In this document: piece after piece, positions 21,197 to 30,023 of the stretch
Layout of the letters: every line of letters starts with the position of its first letter
Numbering within the stretch: position 1 is the stretch's first letter
Assembly: GCA_049510745.1 (NCBI GenBank)
Contig: JBEKYR010000012.1
Location: forward strand, 1-64,000
Length of the DNA: 64,000 nt
Source of the DNA: Verrucomicrobiota bacterium
GTDB lineage: Bacteria; Verrucomicrobiota; Verrucomicrobiia; Limisphaerales; Palsa-1400
Direction: 5' to 3'
Program-made: the position numbers and the translations under genes
Notes under the pieces: generated by a model
What the model was told of the DNA's origin: nothing
Seen by the model: the letters and a program-made list of their open reading frames with translations, nothing else
Databases searched by the model: none

Positions 21197-21284
21197 AGGG
21201 ATTATGTTTGCAATTCTGATTGCATAAAGAACGGAGGGGAGTGCATGTTTGGCGCGACGCATGCACTCCGTGCGACGCGGGTGG

Positions 21285-21488
21285 CCGGTGCTGCCCGAAA
21301 AGTTCCAGCTTGTGCCGCCGATCCGCAGCCGATTCATTGACCGTCTCGACCGTTTGAAACGGCAACGCCACCCGCAACGGCGCGACGCGGTTCCCCGCGC
21401 CGTCATATTTGCCTTCCCAAACCAGTTCCGTCCGGGTGACGGCGAGCGGGTGTTGCGTCTTGGCTGCCGCCTCGTTGCGCTCTGCCAT
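21285..21488 (-). pseudogene. N-terminal remnant of a Mod-like site-specific DNA methyltransferase
   Basis: HPLAVTRTELVWEGKYDGAGNRVAPLRVALPFQTVETVNESAADR; no DPPF/Y or FxGSG motifs follow. Confidence 0.6.
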
Positions 21489-21589
21489 GCCAGCGAGCCT
21501 AACAGACAAGCCGGGCGCGGGCAAGCGCGGCCTTCGGTGGCGCGGTGGCGGGCGCTCCCGGGCTTTGGAAGCAACGCAAAGCGAAACAC

Positions 21590-21657
21590 AAAGCTGAAAG
21601 CTGAAAACAGAAAGCAGAAAACTGGAAACTGGAAGCTGAAAGCTGAAAGCTGAAAAC
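21590..21657. repeat. 7-bp tandem repeat (AAAGCTG-like)
   Basis: About 9 degenerate copies: AAAGCTG AAAGCTG AAAACAG AAAGCAG AAAACTG GAAACTG GAAGCTG AAAGCTG AAAGCTG. Confidence 0.85.
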
Positions 21658-21860
21658 CCTGCCCCCCGGGGCATTCTTCTCACGGGCCGTTGGCGGGACA
21701 CCGTCGGCTGAGAGGTCAGCGGACGCGGGGCACCGCTACCGAATGGGGGTTCCGTTTTTGAGCGGCATCGATGCGGCTTAGTGCGCCTAAGACTTTCCCT
21801 GATGGAAAAAAGGGTAATCCCCTTATTGCATGGGGGCGGATCGGGAAGGAGGTTGATGGA

Positions 21861-22133
21861 ATGAAATGGAAACTATTCATCTGCGGGATGGTTCTCATTG
21901 CGGCAGGTTGCGCCTCGAACCAAAATCAATACACCGCCCTCAACGAGCATGGCTTCACTTTTGATTTTTCGCCTGCGCCGACGCCGGGACGGACGCCAAT
22001 GGAAATGGGCCGGGATTATGGATCGCCCTTTGTGCCGCCCGTCATTGGCGGCGATGTGGCGAGGGAAGCGCCGCCATTTTATGTCGGGGCAGTGGCCAGC
22101 CCCAGCCTCATGATTGCTTCCAGCAATCCGTAG
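21861..22133 (+). CDS. Small lipoprotein
   Basis: AGGAGG RBS upstream; MKWKLFICGMVLIAAG-C lipobox. Confidence 0.7.
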   Translation: MKWKLFICGMVLIAAGCASNQNQYTALNEHGFTFDFSPAPTPGRTPMEMGRDYGSPFVPPVIGGDVAREAPPFYVGAVASPSLMIASSNP

Positions 22134-22166
22134 GGGCGGGGAGCGATTGAAAAACACCAGCCTGGT

Positions 22167-22195
22167 TTGACACGGGGGCGGGGGCTTCGTACGTT
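22167..22195 (+). promoter_or_regulatory. Sigma70-type promoter of uvrB
   Basis: TTGACA-17 bp-TACGTT, 8 nt before ATG. Confidence 0.6.
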
Positions 22196-22203
22196 GGACG
22201 GTC

Positions 22204-24267
22204 ATGTTCGAGTTGTGCGCTCCGTATCAACCGGCCGGCGATCAGCCTCAAGCGATCGCCAAGCTGACCGAGGGCCTCCTCGCCGGCGCGCCGCATCAAA
22301 CGCTGGTGGGGGTGACCGGCTCCGGGAAGACTTTCACGGTGGCCAACGTCATTCAACGCGTGAACCGGCCCACCCTGGTCATTTCGCACAACAAGACGCT
22401 CGCCGCCCAGCTTTACGCCGAATTCAAGAGCTTTTTCCCGCGCAACGCCGTCGAATACTTCGTCAGTTACTTCGATTATTACCAGCCGGAGGCCTACATT
22501 CCGCGGACGGACACGTTCATCGAGAAGGATTCGAGCATCAACGAGGAGATCGAACGGCTGCGGCTCTCGACGATGAGTTCGCTCCTGACGCGGCGGGATG
22601 TGATCGTGGTGGCCAGCGTTTCGTGTATTTACGGCATCGGCAGCAAGGAGAATTACGAGGCGCTGATCGAGCAGGTGCAGGTGGGCGTGCCGCTGTCGCG
22701 CGATCAACTGCTGGGCCGGCTGGTCGATTTGCAGTATGCCCGCAATGACGTCGCCTTCGAGCGCGGCCAATTCCGCGTCCGCGGCGACGTGGTCGAACTG
22801 CGGCCCTCGTGGACGGAGGACGCGCTGCGGCTGGAGTTTTTCGGCGACGAAATCGAGCGGCTGACGCGGTTCGATCCGCTGACGGGAGAAAAGAGCGAGA
22901 CGCCGGAATCGGTCATCATTTTCCCGGCCAAACAATTCGTGACGCCGGAGCCGCAGATCAAGCGGGCCTTGCTGGTGATTCGGGAGGAACTGGGGGAGCG
23001 CATCGCGTGGTTCGAGGCGCGGGGCAAATTGCTCGAGGCGCAACGGCTGAAGATGCGGACGGAGTACGATTTGGAGATGATGGAGGAAATGGGGTTCTGC
23101 TCCGGCATCGAGAATTACTCGCGCCATCTGGCGGGGCGGCCGCCGGGTTCGCGCCCCGGGACGCTGCTGGATTTTTTCCCGGCCGATTACCTGCTGGTGG
23201 TGGATGAATCGCACGCGACCGTGCCGCAAATCGGCGGGATGCACGCGGGGGACCGTTCGCGCAAGACGGTGTTGGTCGAGCACGGCTTCCGCCTGCCCAG
23301 CGCGCTGGACAACCGGCCGCTGAACTTCGGGGAATTCCAATCGTTGCAGGGGCAGACCATATACGTCAGCGCCACACCGGCGGCCCAGGAGATTGCCTGG
23401 TCGCAAGGCCGGGTGGTCGAGCAAATCGTCCGGCCCACGGGGTTGATCGATCCGAAGGTGACGGTCAAGCCGCTGACCGGCCAGATTGACGATCTGATCG
23501 AGGAAGTCCGCCGCCGCGCCGAAGTCAGGGAACGGACGCTGGTGACGACGCTGACCAAGCGGTCGGCGGAGGAGCTGACCGATTATCTGCGCGGCCTGGG
23601 CGTCAACGTGCGCTATCTGCACAGCGAGATCGACGCCATCGAGCGGGTCGAGGTGCTGCGGGCCTTGCGCAAAGGGGAATTCGACGTGCTGGTCGGGATT
23701 AATTTGCTGCGCGAGGGATTGGACCTGCCGGAAGTTTCGCTGGTGGCGATTTTGGACGCGGACAAGGAAGGGTATCTGCGCAGCGCCACCAGCCTGATCC
23801 AGACGGCGGGCCGGGCGGCGCGGCATCTCCACGGCGAAGTGATCCTTTACGCCAGCGTGATGACGCAAAGCATCCAAAAGTTCCTGGTCGTTTCAGAATA
23901 CCGGCGGGAGAGGCAACTGGCCTACAACCGGGAGCACCACATCACCCCGCGCAGCGTCAGCCGGGCGGTGGAGGAGAGCCTGGCGGTCTATCAAAACACG
24001 CGCGACCAGGCGGCGATGCTCTTGCACGAGGTGGGCGGGAACTTCGACGTGACCGAAACGCTGCGCAGTCTGCAGGAGGAAATGGTCGAGGCCTCCAACA
24101 ATTTGGAATTTGAGAAGGCGGCGTTGCTGCGCGACCAAATCCGCGAATTAAAGCGCGCCTTCGGCGAGGCCGCCCCGGCGGAAGGAGCGCCGCCGCGTGA
24201 AGTCAACTATAAACCTGGAAAAAAAGGAGGAAAACCGCGGGCCGGCGCCGGCCGCCGGAGGGGTTAA
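22204..24267 (+). CDS. uvrB: Excinuclease ABC subunit B
   Basis: GVTGSGKT, HNKTLAAQLY, YFDYYQPEAY, DESH, GFRLPSA, C-terminal UVR FEKAALLRD. Confidence 0.98.
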   Translation: MFELCAPYQPAGDQPQAIAKLTEGLLAGAPHQTLVGVTGSGKTFTVANVIQRVNRPTLVISHNKTLAAQLYAEFKSFFPRNAVEYFVSYFDYYQPEAYIPRTDTFIEKDSSINEEIERLRLSTMSSLLTRRDVIVVASVSCIYGIGSKENYEALIEQVQVGVPLSRDQLLGRLVDLQYARNDVAFERGQFRVRGDVVELRPSWTEDALRLEFFGDEIERLTRFDPLTGEKSETPESVIIFPAKQFVTPEPQIKRALLVIREELGERIAWFEARGKLLEAQRLKMRTEYDLEMMEEMGFCSGIENYSRHLAGRPPGSRPGTLLDFFPADYLLVVDESHATVPQIGGMHAGDRSRKTVLVEHGFRLPSALDNRPLNFGEFQSLQGQTIYVSATPAAQEIAWSQGRVVEQIVRPTGLIDPKVTVKPLTGQIDDLIEEVRRRAEVRERTLVTTLTKRSAEELTDYLRGLGVNVRYLHSEIDAIERVEVLRALRKGEFDVLVGINLLREGLDLPEVSLVAILDADKEGYLRSATSLIQTAGRAARHLHGEVILYASVMTQSIQKFLVVSEYRRERQLAYNREHHITPRSVSRAVEESLAVYQNTRDQAAMLLHEVGGNFDVTETLRSLQEEMVEASNNLEFEKAALLRDQIRELKRAFGEAAPAEGAPPREVNYKPGKKGGKPRAGAGRRRG

Positions 24268-24818
24268 GATTTCCACTTGATGTTGCAGCCGAGGCTCGGA
24301 ACCTGGCGGGGCGCGACGGGTTTGCCGGCCAGCACCGCGTCCACGGCGGCGCGCAAATCCGCCCCCGTCACCGGCAGGCCGTTGCCCGGGCGGCTGTCGT
24401 CGAACTGGCCGCGATAGACCAGCTTCCGGTTTTTGTCAAATAGATAAATATCCGGCGTGCAGGCGGCCCGGTAGGCCCGCGCCACGGCCTGCGATTCATC
24501 GTAGAGGTAGGGGAACGTGTAGCCGGCCGCCTTGACTTCCTCCGCCATTTTTTCCGGGCTGTCGGCGGGATAGTTTTGGACATCGTTGGCGTTGATGGCG
24601 ACGATGGCGGCGCCGCGCCGCTGGTATTCCCGGCCAAATTGCGCCAGGCCGGCGCGGATATGTTGGACGTAGGGGCAATGATTGCAAATAAACAGGACGG
24701 CGAGCGCCGGGGCGGATTTGAAATCGGCCAGCGAGACGGGTTTTCCGGTGGTGTCGGGCAGCCGGAAATCCGGGGCGGCCGTTCCCAGCGGCAACATATT
24801 GGACGGAGTCAATGCCAT
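24264..24818 (-). CDS. Thioredoxin-fold AhpC/TSA family protein
   Basis: APDFRLPD, FICNHCPYV, AACTPD, YRGQFDD, GCNIKW. Confidence 0.9.
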   Translation of the reverse strand: MALTPSNMLPLGTAAPDFRLPDTTGKPVSLADFKSAPALAVLFICNHCPYVQHIRAGLAQFGREYQRRGAAIVAINANDVQNYPADSPEKMAEEVKAAGYTFPYLYDESQAVARAYRAACTPDIYLFDKNRKLVYRGQFDDSRPGNGLPVTGADLRAAVDAVLAGKPVAPRQVPSLGCNIKWKS

Positions 24819-24824
24819 GCGGAG

Positions 24825-24853
24825 AATGTAGCGGCAAGCCGGGCGCGTTTCAA
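24825..24853 (-). promoter_or_regulatory. Sigma70-type promoter, probably leaderless
   Basis: TTGAAA-17 bp-TACATT-6 nt-ATG. Confidence 0.6.
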
Positions 24854-24905
24854 AGGCAAATTTTGCTTTTGCTGTGAGGCCCGCCCGGCCTACCTTGTGG
24901 GCCGA

Positions 24906-25592
24906 ATGTTCGAGCCGAGTGAATTGTTTGATCTGGCCCAGACCGGGCATGCCGCCGTCTTCGACGGCTGCAAATTCGCCTGGGAGGCGCTGGCCAGGAT
25001 CGCCCCCTACCTGGCCGCCCATTTAAACCCGGAATTGCACAACCACTGCGAAGGCACGGCCTTCATCGGCAAGCAAGTCTTCATCGGCGAGGGGACGGTG
25101 CTGGAAGACGGCGTGATGATCAAAGGCCCGGCGATCATCGGGAAGAATTGCCAGATCCGGCATAACGCCTACCTTCGCGAGCAGGTCATCATCGGGGACG
25201 ATTGCGTGGTGGGAAATTCGTGCGAGGTCAAGAATTCCATTCTCTTCAACCACGCCCAGGCGCCACACTTCAATTACATCGGCGACTCCATCCTCGGCCA
25301 CAAGGCGCACCTGGGGGCCGGCGTCAAACTCTCCAATTTCAAAGTGTTCCCCGGCAACATCATGGTGGAGATCGACGGCCAGCCTTTCGACACCGGCCTG
25401 CGCAAATTCGGCGCGTTGCTGGGGGACGGCTGCGAGATCGGGTGCAACGCCGTCCTCAGCCCCGGCAGCATCATCGGACGCGAGTCCGTCGTCTATGCGA
25501 ACGTGGCCTGGCGCGGCATCCTGCCGGCCCGGATGATTGTCAAGAACAAGGCCCCGCTGGAGGTCGTGTCCCGCCGCGGGCAGGGCGCATAG
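24906..25592 (+). CDS. Left-handed beta-helix acyltransferase (GlmU C-terminal-like)
   Basis: Hexapeptide repeats, EVKNS, PHFNYIGDSILG, GLRKFGA. Confidence 0.85.
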   Translation: MFEPSELFDLAQTGHAAVFDGCKFAWEALARIAPYLAAHLNPELHNHCEGTAFIGKQVFIGEGTVLEDGVMIKGPAIIGKNCQIRHNAYLREQVIIGDDCVVGNSCEVKNSILFNHAQAPHFNYIGDSILGHKAHLGAGVKLSNFKVFPGNIMVEIDGQPFDTGLRKFGALLGDGCEIGCNAVLSPGSIIGRESVVYANVAWRGILPARMIVKNKAPLEVVSRRGQGA

Positions 25593-25604
25593 CGGGAGAC
25601 GGCC

Positions 25605-27719
25605 ATGATCAGCCTGGTCGATGCTCAACCCGCCGGGGCGCCGGCCGGCCTGGTCGCGCAGGTCGCGGAAATTTTCTCGCCCGCCGGGATTTTGTCCAAA
25701 TCCCCCAACTTCGAATACCGTCCGCAACAGCAGCAAATGGCGGTGGCGGTGGCGCGGGCGTTGGAAGAAAACGAGCATTTGATCGTCGAAGCCGGCACCG
25801 GCGTGGGCAAGAGCCTGGCCTACTTGATTCCGGCCATTTTTCACGCCGTGGCGCGGAACCGGAAGGCCGTCATCTCGACGCACACCATTAATTTGCAGGA
25901 GCAACTGATCCAAAAAGACCTGCCGATGCTGAAACACATCCTGCCGGTCGAGTTCAAATTTTCCATGCTCAAGGGCCGCCAGAATTATCTCTGCACCCGC
26001 CGCCTCTGGAAAGTGCGGCAGCAGGGACAGCAGCTTTTCACCTCGACAGGCCAGCAGGAGTTGGAGCGCATTCACGAATGGTCCCTGAAAACGGACGAGG
26101 GAAGCCTGTCGGATTTCGAGGTCGAGCCGGACCCGCAAGTGTGGCAGCAGGTCTGCTCGGAGCGGGGCTTGTGCAGTCCCAAATCGTGCGGGCGCGGGTC
26201 GGATTTTGTAAAGGGCGGCGGGGTCCCGTGCTTTTATCAGCAGGCGCGCAGCCAGATGCTCGGCGCGGACGTGCTGGTGCTCAATCACACGCTGCTGTTC
26301 ACGCAATTGGGCGGACGGGAGGACGAAGCGGCCGGTGGCGTGCTGTTCCGGAACGATTTTGTCGTCTTTGACGAGGCGCACACGGTCGAGCGGGTGGCCT
26401 CGGCCCACATCGGCCTGAGCGTTTCCACCGCCCAAGTGCGCTACGGATTGCAACGGCTCTGGAACCCCAAGACCAAGAAGGGCCTGCTGGCCGTCTTGCG
26501 CCGCGGCAAGGAGCAAGTGGTCGAGGAGGCGTTGAAGGAGGCGGACAAGTTTTTTGCCGCGGTCGAGGCGGCCTGCGACGAGATCGCCGCGCGGCGGGAA
26601 CGCCAGGCGGCGGCGCATACTTGGAGCGTCTTGCGCATCCGCCAATGCGATCTGGTGCCCGACACCCTCACCCTGCCTCTGGACCGGGTGCGGGAAGAGG
26701 TCAGCGCGCTGATTAAAACGGTCGATGACAAGGACACCGCGCAAGAATTGGCGGAGTGCAACCGGCGCCTGGCTGAGTTGCGCGAGGAACTGGCCATCTT
26801 TTTGGGTCAACGGGCCGAGGACCACGTCTATTGGGTGGAACGGACCGGCAAAGCCCAACGCCACCTGGCCCTCAACGCCGCTCCCATCAATGTGGCCGCT
26901 TATCTGCGCGAACGATTGTTCGGCTCGGACACTTCCGTCATCATGACCAGCGCGACCCTGGCGGTGAAACTGGACGAAAGCCCCGGCCCGGTTTCGCGCA
27001 AGCAGTCCGCTCCGCCGGACGCCGGCGCATCCGCCGACAAGGCGCCGCCGCTGCTTTATTTCGCCCGCCAAGTGGGCGGGGAAAAAGCCAATTTGCTCCA
27101 GGCCGGATCGCCCTTCGATTACGAGCGGCAAATGAAGCTCTATGTTGTCGGCAAGATGCCGGACCCGCGCGACGCCGGTTACCAAGCCAGCCTGGTCCAT
27201 TGGATCAAACACTTCGTGACCCTGACGCAGGGAAAGGCGTTTGTGCTCTTCACCAATTTCAAACTCATGCTGGAGGTGGGCGCGCAAATGGAGCCGTTTT
27301 TCGAGAAACTGGGGGTCGAATGTTTCGTGCAAGGCACCGGCACGCCCCGCTCGCTCATGCTGGAAAAATTCAAAAAGGACGTGCATTCCGTGCTCTTCGG
27401 AACGGACAGCTTTTGGCAGGGGGTCGATGTGCCCGGAGAGAGCCTTTCCAACGTCATCATCACGCGCCTGCCCTTCGCCGTGCCCGACCATCCGTTGATC
27501 GAGGCGCGGATCGAGGCCATCGAAGCGCGCGGCGGCAATTCCTTCCTGGAATTCTCCCTGCCCGAAGCCGTCTTGAAATTCCGTCAGGGCGTTGGAAGAT
27601 TGATCCGGGCAAAAACCGACACCGGCATCGTGGTCGTGCTGGACAATCGAATCCTGACCAAGCGCTACGGCCGGGCCTTCCTTTCCTCAGCCCCTAAATG
27701 CCCGGTGGAAATTGTTTGA
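25605..27719 (+). CDS. DinG/YoaA-family ATP-dependent helicase
   Basis: EAGTGVGKS, KGRQNYLC, Fe-S cysteines, DEAH, TSATL, FWQGVDVPG, QGVGRLIR. Confidence 0.93.
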   Translation: MISLVDAQPAGAPAGLVAQVAEIFSPAGILSKSPNFEYRPQQQQMAVAVARALEENEHLIVEAGTGVGKSLAYLIPAIFHAVARNRKAVISTHTINLQEQLIQKDLPMLKHILPVEFKFSMLKGRQNYLCTRRLWKVRQQGQQLFTSTGQQELERIHEWSLKTDEGSLSDFEVEPDPQVWQQVCSERGLCSPKSCGRGSDFVKGGGVPCFYQQARSQMLGADVLVLNHTLLFTQLGGREDEAAGGVLFRNDFVVFDEAHTVERVASAHIGLSVSTAQVRYGLQRLWNPKTKKGLLAVLRRGKEQVVEEALKEADKFFAAVEAACDEIAARRERQAAAHTWSVLRIRQCDLVPDTLTLPLDRVREEVSALIKTVDDKDTAQELAECNRRLAELREELAIFLGQRAEDHVYWVERTGKAQRHLALNAAPINVAAYLRERLFGSDTSVIMTSATLAVKLDESPGPVSRKQSAPPDAGASADKAPPLLYFARQVGGEKANLLQAGSPFDYERQMKLYVVGKMPDPRDAGYQASLVHWIKHFVTLTQGKAFVLFTNFKLMLEVGAQMEPFFEKLGVECFVQGTGTPRSLMLEKFKKDVHSVLFGTDSFWQGVDVPGESLSNVIITRLPFAVPDHPLIEARIEAIEARGGNSFLEFSLPEAVLKFRQGVGRLIRAKTDTGIVVVLDNRILTKRYGRAFLSSAPKCPVEIV

Positions 27720-27724
27720 AGACC

Positions 27725-29545
27725 ATGCCATTCTCACCCGTCACGAACACGACTGCGAAAGCTGAACTTGATAATCTCTATGCCCGATTGAAGGGCATTC
27801 GCCAATTGCGGGGCGCGATGACCTCCCAAACCCCCAAGGATTTTAACCAGATTGTCGCAAGGCTCGGTGCCCTCCATGTTCTCACAGAGAAGGAAGTGTT
27901 TTCGCTCCGCGTTAATGAGTTTGCAGGGATACAGGAAGCAATGTTCTCAGGAATTCCAGAAAGAGCTGCCCAGTTATTGGCACTTTTAGAGCACCGAAAT
28001 TCGAAGACAATCGAGACTAAGGATGGCGCGAACGCGCCAAAAACAAGTATGGCCGCCAAAATCAAATTCAATGCGAGACGACTGATGGAGAAGGCCATCG
28101 AGGTGATGAGGCAGTCTCTTCAGGAGCCGCGAAGGGATGGCAAGTCGCCACCCAAGGTGGGTGCGGTGCTTTATAAAGCGGATGGTTCGATCGAAGCGGC
28201 GTGCCGCGGCGAGTTGCGTTGGGGAGATCACGCCGAGTTTGCCTTGCTCGAACGAAAGAACCGGCACAGCAGGCTGGACGGGGCAAAACTGTTTACGACT
28301 TTAGAGCCGTGCGCGCCCGGAGCGCGGAAGCATCCCAAGCTCGCATGCGCCGAGCGCATCGTGAATGCGCGCATCAAAGAAGTGTGGGTGGGAATCGAAG
28401 ACCCCGACCCGACGGTGGATCGCAAGGGGATCAAGTTTCTGCAGGACTTCGGCGTGACGGTGCATATGTTCGAGCGGGATTTGCAGGAAATCATCAAGGC
28501 AGAGAACAAAGAGTTTATCAAACAGGCGTTGGCGCGGGCGGCAACCGCTGAAGAGGAGACGAAAGTCGTGACGTTGTCGGCTTTCGAGCAGCCGGTTGCC
28601 CATGCCGACTTGAAAGACTTCTCTGGTGAAGCGTTGGAGCAATACCGAGCGATTGCCAACATCAATGAGGCAGTTGGCTCGGAAGCGTTCAATCGCCGCC
28701 TGGTGCAGCAGGGTTTATTGCAAGCGAAGGGGAAGACATTTGTTCCTTCGGGCTTTGGGTTGCTGTTGTTCGGCAAGGCGCCGCGCGATTCGATGCCCCA
28801 GGCGGGATTACTTGGAACGATTCACCTTTCCGGCGGAAAGGAAGACACGCCGCGCAATTTTGACGGGCCGCAGGTTTTTGTTCCCGAACAGGCGCTCCGA
28901 TGGCTACGCGACAAATTGCCCAACCCGATTGACCGCTCGGAGGCGCGCCGGCAGGAATTAAACAGACCTTTTTTTGAACTGGTGCGCGAAGGCATCGTCA
29001 ACGCCCTTGTCCATCGTGATTACTCGATTGTCGGTGCGAAATGCCAGTTGGTTGTGACGTCAGACACCGTCGTCATCAAGAGCCCTGGCAAGCCGGTCGA
29101 ACCCATCACGCTTGGGCAATTGCAGGCTTTCAATGCGCCGATGTTGAGTCGCAACCCGACCCTTCACTACGTCTTTGCCAAAATGGAATTGGCGGAGGAA
29201 CGCGGGCTTGGGTTGAAGTCGATGCGGAATCGCGTCACTGAAGCCGGTCTTCCACTGCCAAATTACAGCTGGGAAAATCCTTATCTGGTATTGACGCTAT
29301 TCCGTAGTCCAGCCAGTGCTGTTCGTGGTTTGAGTCCCAAAGTGCTCGACCGTCTAAACGAAGGCGAGAAAGCATCTTGGCAGTTTGTCGCCGGCCGGGA
29401 ATCTGTAACTAGTCCGGAATTGATGAAGCAGATGGGCTTTGATGAACGCAAAGCTCAACGTGTCCTGAAGAAACTGCAGGCTGCCGGCTTGCTTCGCCGC
29501 GTTGGTAAGGGCCCGGCAACGCGTTACGAGATGGTTCGCCCATGA
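27725..29545 (+). CDS. Zn-dependent deaminase - HATPase_c_4-like - winged HTH fusion (alternative start 28049)
   Basis: HAE (28229-28237), TLEPC-x11-C, DPDP; REGIVNALVHRDY, SPG, SRNP, EERGLG; C-terminal wHTH ending RRVGKGPATRY. Confidence 0.8.
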   Translation: MPFSPVTNTTAKAELDNLYARLKGIRQLRGAMTSQTPKDFNQIVARLGALHVLTEKEVFSLRVNEFAGIQEAMFSGIPERAAQLLALLEHRNSKTIETKDGANAPKTSMAAKIKFNARRLMEKAIEVMRQSLQEPRRDGKSPPKVGAVLYKADGSIEAACRGELRWGDHAEFALLERKNRHSRLDGAKLFTTLEPCAPGARKHPKLACAERIVNARIKEVWVGIEDPDPTVDRKGIKFLQDFGVTVHMFERDLQEIIKAENKEFIKQALARAATAEEETKVVTLSAFEQPVAHADLKDFSGEALEQYRAIANINEAVGSEAFNRRLVQQGLLQAKGKTFVPSGFGLLLFGKAPRDSMPQAGLLGTIHLSGGKEDTPRNFDGPQVFVPEQALRWLRDKLPNPIDRSEARRQELNRPFFELVREGIVNALVHRDYSIVGAKCQLVVTSDTVVIKSPGKPVEPITLGQLQAFNAPMLSRNPTLHYVFAKMELAEERGLGLKSMRNRVTEAGLPLPNYSWENPYLVLTLFRSPASAVRGLSPKVLDRLNEGEKASWQFVAGRESVTSPELMKQMGFDERKAQRVLKKLQAAGLLRRVGKGPATRYEMVRP

Positions 29546-29556
29546 GTTTGTGTCCT

Positions 29557-29650
29557 GACAATAATCCCGACAAAGTGTCGGGATTCGGGTGGCTGCTGAG
29601 TCAGAAACTGGGAATCCCGACAATAATCCCGACAAAGTGTCGGGATTCGG
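29557..29650. repeat. Two identical 32-bp palindromic direct repeats, 30 bp apart
   Basis: GACAATAATCCCGACAAAGTGTCGGGATTCGG at 29557-29588 and 29619-29650. Confidence 0.9.
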
Positions 29651-29688
29651 CTTCCCGCAAAAGCCCATGCCTACAAATCCACCAAACC

Positions 29689-29727
29689 AAAACGGGTCAA
29701 TAACGAAAACGGGTCAAAACGGGGTCC
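29689..29727. repeat. AAAACGGGTCAA direct repeats
   Basis: Copies at 29689-29700 and 29706-29717, then AACGGGGTC. Confidence 0.7.
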
Positions 29728-30023
29728 CGCATCATCGCCTACTCTCGTCTTCTTCCCGCATCGCGCCGCAGGTTTGCCACGGAACCGGCAGCGCCCGTCA
29801 TGGCCATCCCATTTAAGCTCATCGTCGTTTCCTGGCGTGGCCGTCCCGTCGGCGTAATTCCTTCTTCCTTTTCCAGTCAGAGGGGTCATCCGCATGAAAC
29901 AATGGATCCTCACACTCTTCCTTTGTGAATTGAGAGATTCGCCAACGTCCAGGAATGCGATGCGTCCGGCCCGGGATCGGGTTTGCGCTTCAACGTTCCG
30001 GCTGCCATCCTTGTCCAAAAGGA

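Noticed and set aside
5920..21488. Two MTase remnants as ends of one gene split by a 15-kb insertion
   Set aside because: They resemble different MTase families and the interval includes core-like genes such as xylB
21197..21589. N-terminal extension of GH51
   Set aside because: The signal peptide starts at 21196; upstream DNA is the MTase remnant in another frame
27725..29545. ribD
   Set aside because: No reductase domain or riboflavin context; the C-terminus is ATPase-like plus wHTH
29557..29650. Bona fide CRISPR array, or type IV system with the nearby DinG
   Set aside because: Only two repeats, the spacer partly repeats the motif, no cas genes, and DinG looks like the housekeeping Fe-S type in an operon with a GlmU-like gene
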